Below, piece after piece: positions 9,776-18,694 of a DNA stretch of 64,000 nt; the stretch's first letter is position 1, and each line of letters begins with the position of its first letter. The DNA lies in contig CBDCNM010000002.1 in the NCBI GenBank assembly GCA_965219385.1, positions 1,026,639 to 1,090,638 on the forward strand, read 5' to 3'. Made by a program: the position numbers and the translations under genes. The notes below the pieces were generated by a model. The model did not search any database. It was not told the DNA's origin and saw only the letters and a list, made by a program, of their open reading frames with translations. This stretch comes from Candidatus Latescibacterota bacterium. Lineage in GTDB: Bacteria > Latescibacterota > UBA2968 > UBA8231.

Positions 9776-9901
9776 ATGCTGCGAATCAGTACAGGGTGTC
9801 TGTTGGGCAGTTGCGTCCTTCTAAGCATTTTAGAGGAGCAACTGCCCTGCTATTTACTGCCGTGGAGAAGCGACGAATATACCATTGTGGAACGGGATTA
9901 A
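9776..9901 (+). pseudogene. Truncated 5' fragment of an FGE-sulfatase paralogue
   Basis: MLRISTGCLLGSCVLLS...WRSDEYTIVERD* parallels FGE1 MIRLAKRGLLGSFFLLS...WESDKYTIQAQDW; same position directly after X. Confidence 0.7.
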
Positions 9902-10099
9902 ATCAAAGGTTCTGTGCTCCAGCAAGGGGATTAGCCTCTAATCCCTCTAGTATATTCCAGTAAGCCATAAAAAGCCCGACCGGAATGACCGGAAGGGATC
10001 ACCAAAAATCTAAATCGAAAGGCAGAACCTTTCTGATGTCCTACAGGTATGCGCAAATTAAGCAAAACAAAGCAATAAGACAACAAAGAGGCTGTACCT

Positions 10100-10402
10100 A
10101 TGAATGCCAAGGACCCCTTAGAATCAATAGAAGTACTTACGGACCCTCCTATGGGATGGTTTGACACTACTCTGGCTACTCGGTATGAACAAGACAAGGC
10201 AAATACAGTCCTATATAAAACACACAAAGGAAATTGGGTACTAGGAACATATGAGACAAGAAACAACAGGGAGTTAATCAAAAAAGCCAAAATTGTTGCA
10301 AAGTGGGAAAGAATTAGCCGCAGCCAGGCACATACATGGATGATGGAGAATGGGTACCATGAAGAGGTGCCAGCCCAAGAGAAGGAAGAGATAGAGGTTT
10401 AG
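10100..10402 (+). CDS. Hypothetical protein (100 aa)
   Basis: GAGG upstream; plausible composition; LYKTxKGxWVL...AxxW pattern reminiscent of mobile-element hypotheticals. Confidence 0.55.
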   Translation: MNAKDPLESIEVLTDPPMGWFDTTLATRYEQDKANTVLYKTHKGNWVLGTYETRNNRELIKKAKIVAKWERISRSQAHTWMMENGYHEEVPAQEKEEIEV

Positions 10403-10524
10403 GGAGGACCTCTAAACTTTTACCTGCCCATCGCCACAACTGGAATCGAGCTCAATTTGCGATTTCGTTGACCTTTTAGAAGCTGTTGAGTTAAAAAAGC
10501 TCTGTATGTATTGTATGTATAATG

Positions 10525-11701
10525 CTAACTACACGACACCAAATTTACTTTGCCGTGCAGCCCCGTGTTAGGTTTATTGGTTGTTGCCAAAACGACCATC
10601 CCCCTAACGGAGAGGAGCTACACGGTGAAGGGAATGAATAGCTTAAAGAAGGCACTACGTCAAGTGGCCCCTCTCATGTCTAGCTACCAAGCGGTTCTGT
10701 TGCCTCACATGCTGTATGCGTTAATTCAAACTCGTTCGGTGAACCTCAAAAAGTGGGCCGCCGTCTTTTCGGGTTCGGCACAGATCGCCAGCCAGTACCG
10801 CCGCCTCCAGCGGTTTTTCAGTGGCCTGTGGTCGCCTACGGTGGCGACGCAACTGATCGTAGCTCATCTGATTAAGCCGCATAAGCCGATTCTACTGACG
10901 TTGGATCGAACCCACTGGCAATATGGTCAGACCCACCACAATCTGTTGTGCTTAGGCGTCGTCCACCAGCGCGTATCCATCCCCCTTGAATCCTCGTGGC
11001 TGGGCCGAGCGGGCAACTCTTCGATGGACGATCAGATCCACCTGTTGGATCGGGTGTTAGCCTATCTGCCCGCGGCGCGTTGTTGCCTGTTGGCCGACCG
11101 CGAATTTATCGGCGGCACGTGGCTTAGGCATCTACGCCAAAAGCAGGTGGATTTCGTTATCCGCTTGCGCTCGAACCACTCTATGAAAAAGGCCAACGGA
11201 CGCGTCCAATCCTTGGAGCATAGCACACGCTGCCAACCGAAAAACACCACATGGGTCTATGAAAACGTCTCGTTATATGAGGGGTCGAATACCGTACCTG
11301 TTCATATTATATGCCACCGGCCGACCAAAGGGGCGCGACTGTTTTTGGCCACCACGCGAACCGATTTCGACGCGGTGGTGGCGTTGTATAAACAGCGCTG
11401 GGCAGCGGAAACCGCGTTTGGGTGTCTCAAGTCCAAAGGCTTTGACTTGGAAACGACGCGATTACGGAATCCGCAGCGGATTCTGCGCCTATTGAGTCTC
11501 CTCGCCATCGGCTTGCTATGGGCACTGTGTGTCGGACAGGGCCTACACCAACACAAGCCGACACCCATTAAAAAACATGGACACCCCGCGCAAAGCCTCT
11601 TCCGAAGAGGACTCGATTATATACAACAACGCATCGCCAATACACGACAAAAACACACCGAAATACTACACGGCAACCGATTATTGGTGTCGTGTAGTTA
11701 G
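10525..11701 (+). mobile_element. Complete IS4-family insertion sequence (transposase ~10625..11701)
   Basis: Perfect 18-bp IRs ctaactacacgacaccaa (10525-10542) and ttggtgtcgtgtagttag (11684-11701); 8-bp target duplication GTATAATG (10517-10524, 11702-11709); LDRTHW, ADREF and YKQRWAAETAF (YREK-type) motifs. Confidence 0.95.
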
Positions 11702-11747
11702 GTATAATGTATTACTTGCTGTCTTTTTTGCGCAGGGAGGCTTTAGT

Positions 11748-12032
11748 ATGGGCGGGTATCCAAGTGACTTGACGGATCCAGAATGGGCCCTGATCGCGGG
11801 GTTTTTCGACCGTCCTGATCCCCGGGGCAACCCCGGCAAGTATGCCAAACGCGAGGTGGTCAATGCCATTTTATAGGTCGTCAAAGGGGGTATTCCGTGG
11901 CGGATGCTGCCGCTTGATTTTCCCCCTTGGGATACCGTCTAGGACCATTACCGACGCTGGAATCAGCGTGGCGTGTGGGAACAAGCCCTGGACGCGCTGC
12001 ATGAGCGCGCCCGTCACAAGCAGGGCAAAAAC
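11748..12032 (+). pseudogene. IS5-family transposase remnant (DUF4096-type N-terminus)
   Basis: YPSDLTDPEW...REVVNAIL*VVKGGIPWRMLPLDFPPWDTV*DHYRRW; two in-frame stops; cut off by the IS3 remnant; probable left end GAAGCTGTTGAG at 10479, interrupted by the IS4. Confidence 0.85.
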
Positions 12033-13054
12033 ATGAAGACGTTGTCCATGCAGCGCCCGCGGCCGTCCATACTCATGCGCCCCCCGGCGCCCTCGACCCG
12101 TTGCGTAAAATCGGCGCTGGTGAATTGGCTGCCCTGGTCGGTGTTGAAAATCTCGGGACGGCCCTGGGCCAGGGCCTCCTCCAGCGCCTCCAGACAGAAC
12201 GCCGCGTCCAGGGGGTTGGCGATGCGCCAGGAGAGCACGTAGCGACGGAACCAATCCATGACCGCCACCAGGTAGACGAACCCATGAAGCAGCGGCAGAT
12301 AGGTGATGTCACTGGCCCACACCCGATCGGGTCGATCGATCTCCCGATCGCCCAGCAGATAGGGATAGACCCGGTGCGCCTCGCCCCCGGCCGACAGGCT
12401 CCGGCGCGGATAGATGGCCTGCAGACCCATGACCTGCATGAGCCGGTGCACGCGTTTATGATTCACCGCGTAGCCCTCGCGCCGCAAGGCCTGCTGAATG
12501 CGACGCACGCCGTAGAAGGGATACTGGGTGTAGATGCGATCGATGGCGTGCATGATCTCGAGGCGGAACGGATCGGCTTCCAGCGGCCGATAGTAGAAAC
12601 TTGAGCGCGACAGCCCCAACAGCTCGCACTGTCGTGCCACGCTCAGATGGTCATGACTCGTTTCGATCATCGCCCGGCGCTCAGTCACGGAGCGATTCGT
12701 GTTTTTTTTCAGCCACTCGAGCTCCACCTGGAGGCGGCCGATCTGCTGGTAGAGCTGGGGGATCACCTCCGCTTCGTCCTCCTTTTGAGAGCTGGATCCG
12801 GGGCGCTGGAAGATCTCGGGAAGGTGCTCCACCAGCTGCTTCTTCCAGCCGCGGATCACATTGGGATGGAGGGAATACTTTCGCGCCAACTCGCTGATCG
12901 TGTACTGCTCTCGGGCCGCCTCTAGGGCGACTTTGGCCTTGAACTGTGGCGTGTGGGTGGTGCGCTTCTTTGCCATCGGCTACTCCTCTGGACAGGGGGT
13001 GATTTCTCAAATTGCGCACCTTAACCACCTGTCCAGTTTTTGGGGTACATTACA
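12033..13054 (-). mobile_element. IS3-family element, 3'-truncated; OrfA and OrfB read in one frame (start 12976)
   Basis: Left end TGTAATGTACCCC at 13054; OrfA HTH (FKAKVALEA), OrfB (YGVRR, WASDITY, FNTDQGSQFTS) truncated at GRCMDNVF before the third catalytic residue. Confidence 0.92.
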
Positions 13055-13182
13055 ATCGCAGCCCCGTCAACTTTATGGTCAATCTCCTATGTGGATTGAT
13101 TGCCTATTGTCACCAGCCTAAAAAACCGGCCCTAAAGATAGAAAAGCTACCCTTATTGAAGACCCCTTAAACCGAACTCAGG

Positions 13183-13451
13183 TTAATATAGCCAAAACTC
13201 CCCATTTTCTCCGCAATACAAGTAATTAAACAGCCCATCATTCACCTTCCTTAAATAGGACAAAAAGAAAAATTGTTGAGTCAACAACAATTAAAACAAC
13301 ATCTTAAGCAGAAAAAGAGGAAATGAACAATCTAAATTCCTAGAAAAATGTTGACTTCATAGGAAAAAATTAGTACGTTCTCCCTTCGAGCTTCTAAAAC
13401 GAGAAGGCCCACTCGGGGCTTTCTCAAAAACCACCTCAAAGGGAGAAGTCA
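13183..13451 (+). repeat. Duplicated promoter/leader block upstream of X genes, copy 2
   Basis: Homologous to 8315..8583; TTGACT-17-TACGTT at 13351..13379; hairpin 13401..13425. Confidence 0.9.
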
Positions 13452-13608
13452 GGTCCCACTTAAAGATAGATCGCCGGCAGGGACCAACTCACTCTTAGGG
13501 ATCGCTTGTGCCGCCTCGACATCCGGTGCAAGCCGGCCCCTGCCGGTCTTAGTCTCACTTGGGTGCTAACCTATGAAAGGAGACGCGGTGCACGCCCCAC
13601 CGCCTACA
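13452..13608 (+). mobile_element. 157-bp structured insertion, possibly a non-autonomous IS110-like left-end remnant
   Basis: Absent from the X2 leader (gaagtca|ttATG); long stem ccggcaggg...ccctgccgg; internal AAAGGAG + GTG with only a few codons; CA immediately before it and at its 3' end. Confidence 0.5.
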
Positions 13609-13610
13609 CT

Positions 13611-14804
13611 ATGAAGCTATTTTATGGACGTAAATTGCTCACAGAACTCGGAATCAGAAGGCCCTCGGAGTATGGCTTTGACACGTTTCAGATAGGTCCA
13701 TTTTTCTCCGGAGCCACTCAGTCAAAGCTCCTGGCGCAGGTGGGGGATGTGGACGAATATTTCAATCAAGAGGACGTGGATTTTGTGCTGGCCATCGGCT
13801 TTGAGGCCGCGGGCAGTAATTACCACGGGAACAATGACATTTTGTATCCGGATCCGCCCGGCCATCCCGGCTCCGAGGAGGTGGATGGCATCGGGAAGAT
13901 CGACCGGGAATCCTGGCACGACAACCCCAGCCATGAATTTTATACCAACTTTGGCACCTTGTTTGCCTCGGCGGTCAATACCTACGGCACCCGCTTTAAG
14001 GGCGTGCGCTGGAACCACGAGGTTCAGCCGTGGCGGTTTAAGTTGGGCTCAAAGTGGGAAGAATATGCCCAAGAAAACGTCTCTGCCCAGTGGAATGCCA
14101 TACAGAGTAACACGGCGGAAAAAGATCGCTGGGACGAGTGGCGTGAGGCCGTGGCCGACGGTACCATGGGAGAGAATGCGGCCTATGAGGGCGACGGCGA
14201 GGACGAGGACGGAATATACCCCTCGCCCTATAGAGACCCGATCAATCAAGGGGTGCAGGAGGCGTATAAGGCCATGGTGAATTTTCAAATCCAGGTCCAG
14301 CAAAAGATGATTGGCCATCTATCGAATAAGATAGAGGAGGCCCAACAACCTACGGTTCCGCTTCGTTTTCTCGTTTATTCGCCGGTGTATTTCTCGCCGG
14401 CCTACGCCCATTCCGAATACACCCTCGACCTGCGGCCGGTGGACAAGGCCAATATCGTATGGGAAATGGGCTCGTGGGAGAATACGCTACCGGGCCATCG
14501 AAATAAATGGGCCGACGATGCGGCCTGGGATGATGACACCCCGCCCAATGCGCGCGACTATTACTTTGCGATGCAACAACTTCCCCACGCGACCGGACTG
14601 GACGACCGCCTCACGGATTTGGTTACGACCTTTCAGAATATGCGCGAACCAACTACGGACCCGGTCTCTTCGACCTGGCAAGATTCTCTGGCCTTTTGGA
14701 ACCGTTGGGACGGCTCGAACCCACAGGCACCTCCTGACCATATTTGGAATAAGCACAAGCAACGGCGATTCATGACTAAAATTAAGGAAATCTTAACGGC
14801 ATAG
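13611..14804 (+). CDS. Unknown protein family X, copy X3
   Basis: Full-length paralogue of X2 starting MKLFYGRK; same motif set. Confidence 0.88.
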   Translation: MKLFYGRKLLTELGIRRPSEYGFDTFQIGPFFSGATQSKLLAQVGDVDEYFNQEDVDFVLAIGFEAAGSNYHGNNDILYPDPPGHPGSEEVDGIGKIDRESWHDNPSHEFYTNFGTLFASAVNTYGTRFKGVRWNHEVQPWRFKLGSKWEEYAQENVSAQWNAIQSNTAEKDRWDEWREAVADGTMGENAAYEGDGEDEDGIYPSPYRDPINQGVQEAYKAMVNFQIQVQQKMIGHLSNKIEEAQQPTVPLRFLVYSPVYFSPAYAHSEYTLDLRPVDKANIVWEMGSWENTLPGHRNKWADDAAWDDDTPPNARDYYFAMQQLPHATGLDDRLTDLVTTFQNMREPTTDPVSSTWQDSLAFWNRWDGSNPQAPPDHIWNKHKQRRFMTKIKEILTA

Positions 14805-14814
14805 GAGAAACATT

Positions 14815-15681
14815 ATGCGGCGGCTTCTCATTGGGTTGCTCAGCCTATACTCGGTGAGCCAAGCGGCGGAAGGCGACGATTATACCATTGTGGAACAAGC
14901 CTGGCTGACCCCGGCCGGAACCGAGCACATACAGGTATTTGTTCCTCAAGGAAATTTTTGGGTGGATCGCAGTATACGCACTTTCCCCGCTTCGATGGTG
15001 ATCTCCTACATGGAGGCGTTTTGGATCGACAAATATGAAGTGAGCAATGCTCTTTATCAGGTTTTCCGGGATGCAACCGGCCATCGAGAGCAACTTTTGG
15101 AGGTCCATGCCTATTATATCCCAATACACCTTAAGCCCTCCAGTCCAGCCGTGGGCGTAACCTGGCAAGATGCGGTTGATTACTGCACCTGGGCGGGAGG
15201 ACGCTTGCCCACTGGGCTGGAATGGGAAAAAGCAGCCCGCGGCAGTACAGATCATCGTATCTATCCGTGGGGCGATGAGCCGCCCCGAAGAGGCCTGGCT
15301 AATTACGGTAGATGGAAGGACACTGGCTTGGAGCCCGGCAAGACGCAAATACGCACCGGCAAGTATGTCCCCGACGACACAGATGGCTATTTGTATGCCG
15401 CCCCGGTGGATGCTATGCCCGATGGGGCCTCCCCTTATGGAGTCTTGAATATGGCCGGGAATGTATCGGAATATATACATGAGCACCTTGTTCCCGGAGT
15501 CCAAGTCAAGGCCATGGGGGGCGGCTGGAAACATTCCGCGCTCTATACTAAGATCTCCCGCTTTCAAACTCTTCTTCTGGATCAGACCAGAGCGTATACC
15601 GGCTTTCGCTGTTGCCGGGACGAAGAGAACACCTCCATCGAACGTAAAAGCTGGGGGCAGGTGAAGCGCCAAGAGCCGTAA
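14815..15681 (+). CDS. Secreted FGE-sulfatase/CLec-fold protein, FGE3
   Basis: Signal peptide MRRLLIGLLSLYSVSQA; FGE motifs; C-terminal SIERKSWGQVK; shares near-identical DNA blocks with FGE1. Confidence 0.9.
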   Translation: MRRLLIGLLSLYSVSQAAEGDDYTIVEQAWLTPAGTEHIQVFVPQGNFWVDRSIRTFPASMVISYMEAFWIDKYEVSNALYQVFRDATGHREQLLEVHAYYIPIHLKPSSPAVGVTWQDAVDYCTWAGGRLPTGLEWEKAARGSTDHRIYPWGDEPPRRGLANYGRWKDTGLEPGKTQIRTGKYVPDDTDGYLYAAPVDAMPDGASPYGVLNMAGNVSEYIHEHLVPGVQVKAMGGGWKHSALYTKISRFQTLLLDQTRAYTGFRCCRDEENTSIERKSWGQVKRQEP

Positions 15682-15684
15682 TCC

Positions 15685-15862
15685 TTGAGCCGCAACGGAC
15701 CCCCAGGAGCGCCGGGGTCCGTTGGCTCTTCTCTTTTAAGGAGGTGCATCGAACTCGAATACTACGACCCTCTCCCCCCTCGCTTCGGTGGGGGGAGAGG
15801 GTTCCTACTCGACAGCTTGTGACGCTCACTCACCAAGGAGGACATTGTGTCTATTCGCTTAG
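15685..15862 (+). repeat. Conserved intergenic spacer (two hairpins + RBS + first codons of the S55 gene), copy 1
   Basis: Homologous to 18519..18694; hairpins gagcc(gc)aacggacccc...ggggtccgttggctc and ccctctcccc...ggggagaggg; ends AAGGAGG...(V/M)SIRL. Confidence 0.9.
15687..15737 (+). terminator. Putative intrinsic terminator after FGE3 (also after ANK2, from 18521)
   Basis: GC-rich stem followed by ttctctttt. Confidence 0.6.
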
Positions 15863-16695
15863 CACTACTTACCCTTTCACTGTGCTTCTGGTCCTGCGGA
15901 GAGGGCGACCAGGCTGCCCCAGTTGCTCCGGTTGCCCCGATCACTCCAGGAAATGCGGTTATTAAGCCTACTGGCATACTGCAATCTTGGGATCTTTCCG
16001 CTATAGTGCCGGTTGACTCAGTGCGTTCGATGCTTCCGGGGACTCCCCTTTTCTTACGCACAGAGTTTGCTAACGGCGAGCTTGCTGATTTGGAAATGAC
16101 CTTTGTCCGGGTTGTTGACGATTTCTTGCCGCCTATGCCGATCTACATGGTTGAAGCCTCAGACCCCGTTTTGATACAGCTAAAGGGCATTGCCCAGGGC
16201 ATGAGCGGTTCCCCTCTTTTCACGGAACAGGGCACCTGGGGTGCTATCGCCTATGGATTCGGGTCCCAGGACAGCCCGCCTTTCTACTTCTTTGCCACCC
16301 CCATAGAATGGGTAGTTGGATCTAAGGGAACGCCGCCTGTAGCTAAGCCCGCGCCCATCTGGGAAGGTTCCTCTATTGTCCCCCCTGGATATTCCCTTGT
16401 TGAGCACGGGACATTCTCACAAAGTCCCTGAAAGGGATTCGTCCCGCCTGGGCGTTACCGTTGCCTCCGGTCTAACCCAGGAACGCCAGGAAAGCTTTGA
16501 TCCTGGCCGTCCGCTGGCGGTTGGTTTGCTTTTGGGAGAAACCACGCTGGCTGCACTGGGTACCATATCCTATGTTGATGGGGACAAGATTTATGGTTTT
16601 GGGCATCCTATGTTTGGCTTTGGCCGGGTTGGATTGCCCATAATCGAAGCAAAGGTGCTCGGAGAAATATCCAACTTATATGCGCCTTTCAAGTA
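15847..16695 (+). pseudogene. SpoIVB-type S55 peptidase domain lipoprotein, frameshifted and truncated
   Basis: Lipobox CFWSC; GIAQGMSGSP catalytic-Ser motif; GTISYVDGDKIYGFGHP; frameshift in the C-run near 16380; fused to the X4 fragment at ~16695. Confidence 0.8.
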
Positions 16696-17582
16696 TTAAT
16701 ACCATAAATACCATCCATCGTGAGGCCTGGTACGACAACCCCAACCACGCTTTTTACACGAGTTTTGGGAATTTATTCAGCCAGGCCGTCAATAGGTGGG
16801 GCAGCCGCGTGAAGGGCGTGCGCTGGAACCACGAAATCCAACCCTGGCGCTTTAAATTGGGCCTCGAAGTGGGACGAATATGCGGAAGAAAATGTCCCTG
16901 ACCAGTGGAATGCCATACAGAGCAACGATACGGAAGAAGGCTTCTGGGAAGAGTGGCTTGAGGCCTTAGCCAACGGCGATATTGGGGAACGCAATGCCTA
17001 TAATAACGAGTTGTCCGATTCCTATGACGGCTCGAATTTTCAAGGGATACAGCAGGTGTATAGGGCGCTGGTGGATTTTCAGGTGTCCGTCCAGGCCACG
17101 ATGATCGGCCACTTATCGAATAAGGTAGCGGCTGCTCAGCAGCCCACAAATCCGCTCCATTTTATGGTCTATTCCCCCCTGTACAGATTTTCAGCCCACG
17201 CCCCTTCCGAGTATACCCTGGACCTGAACCAGGTCAATAAGTCGAATATTATCTGGGAGATGGCCAATTGGGAGAGAGGTGGATCCGACCCTCGACGCAA
17301 CGGCTGGGCTCAGGATGCGGGCAGCCACAACTATTATTTTGTCCTACAACAGGAACACGATGCCTCCGACCTTTCGGATCGGATCGCTAAGTTGCCGGGT
17401 ATTATATCCAGCATGCGCGATCCGGACACAGCCCCCGATCCCCAGACAGCGGCCTGGCAAGATTCTCTGGGATTTTGGAGCAATTGGAATGGCTCGAACC
17501 CACAGGCACCTCCTGACCATATTTGGAATAAGCACAAGCAACAGCAATTCATGACTAAAATAAGGAAATCTTAACGGCATAG
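16695..17582 (+). pseudogene. Unknown protein family X, copy X4 (5'-deleted, two frameshifts)
   Basis: IHREAWYDNPNHAFY...GVRWNHEIQPWRFKLG, +1 shift near 16862, then ...SEYTLDL...NIIWEMA...WQDSLGFWSNW; 1-nt deletion near 17560 relative to X3. Confidence 0.88.
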
Positions 17583-17593
17583 GAGGACCGTCC

Positions 17594-18515
17594 ATGCGGA
17601 TCGGTGTGCTGCCCTGGGTGGTTTTACTCTTTTGTGTCGGCTGTGGGGGAGACCGTCCGGTAGGGCCTGTATTATCCCCTGTATCCCCTGCGGCCAAGCC
17701 CACCCAGGCGCTGAACCACCATGACCAGGCGCTCCCGAAAGAGGACTGGTTTGGATACTGGGCCTTTGGGACAGCAATCGAGGAGGGGAACCTACCCCAG
17801 GTGCGTTTTTGGGTGGAAGCCGGCATGGAGATCAATCAACTTTTAGACGGTAGCTATAATGGGCCATCCTTTAATGGATGGGGACACGCCCCCCTGGCCA
17901 TCGCAGCTCAGCACAATAGGGCAGCCGTCGCGCGCTATTTACTGGATCAGGGGGCCGATGTCAACGGCTCGAATGGGCCCTGGATAACTGCATTGATGAT
18001 GGCGACCTTAAAAGGATCGCTGGACGTGGTAAAAGTATTGGTGGATGCAGGGGCCGATGTTTCATTGTCTAGCGTATATGGAGATACTGCCCTACTTGGG
18101 GCGTGTTGCTGTTGGGCTGGGCCGGATCAGTTGGCCATCATACAGTATTTAGTTGAAGAGGGGGGAGCCCGTGTCAACCAGGTATCCCACCCTAAGCCTC
18201 CGTCTATGAGCAGACAGCTGGGAAGGATTCCCTTGAAGTTGGCGGCCCGTTCCGAGGGGCCGGAGTCGTTGGCTATCCTGGCCTATCTGGTCGAAAAGGG
18301 GGCGATGATCAATAGCCGAAATGAAGTCGGTCAGACCGCCCTAATGGATGCCGCGAATGAAGGGTCCGAGGACAAGGTGCGCCTGCTGGTCTCCTTGGCG
18401 CGCCAACGTGCGCTTGCGTAGTAAAAGTGGTCGTACCGCCGCAGACTGGGCCCGCTATCGCGGCCATGTGGCTGTGGCTGACTATCTCGACATGGAAGCG
18501 CTGGGAGGGCCGTAA
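17594..18515 (+). pseudogene. Ankyrin-repeat lipoprotein ANK2, frameshift in last repeat
   Basis: N-terminus nearly identical to ANK1 (CVGCGGDRPVGPV..PAAKP); ankyrin repeats; after a shift near 18397 continues ANVRLRSKSGRTAADWARYRGHVAVADYLD...GP*. Confidence 0.85.
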
Positions 18516-18518
18516 TTA

Positions 18519-18694
18519 TTGAGCCGCAACGGATCCCCAGGGGCGCCGGGGTCCGTTGGCTCTTCTCTTTTAAGGAGGTGATCGAACCCGAATACTACGA
18601 CACCCTCTCCCCCCGCTTCGGCGAGGGGAGAGGCGCCCCACTCGACAGCTTGTGGCGCTCACTCACCAAGGAGGACATTATGTCGATTCGCCTA
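18519..18694 (+). repeat. Conserved intergenic spacer, copy 2, with S55 gene start (MSIRL) cut by IS630
   Basis: Homologous to 15685..15862. Confidence 0.9.

Noticed and set aside
131..15681. Diversity-generating retroelement acting on the FGE/CLec genes
   Set aside because: No reverse transcriptase, avd-like gene or template repeat with adenine-only differences was seen in the window; kept only as a trans-acting possibility.
15687..15728. Integron attC site (paired AAC...GTT with bulged bases)
   Set aside because: Only ~42 nt, does not fit RYYYAAC/GTTRRRY, is followed by a T-rich tail like a terminator, and no integron integrase is present.
8586..17582. Classical polymorphic-toxin orphan modules
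   Set aside because: X2 and X3 have their own promoter and a conserved N-terminus, and all copies belong to one family rather than being unrelated toxin tips; no Rhs/CdiA/VgrG trunk is present.
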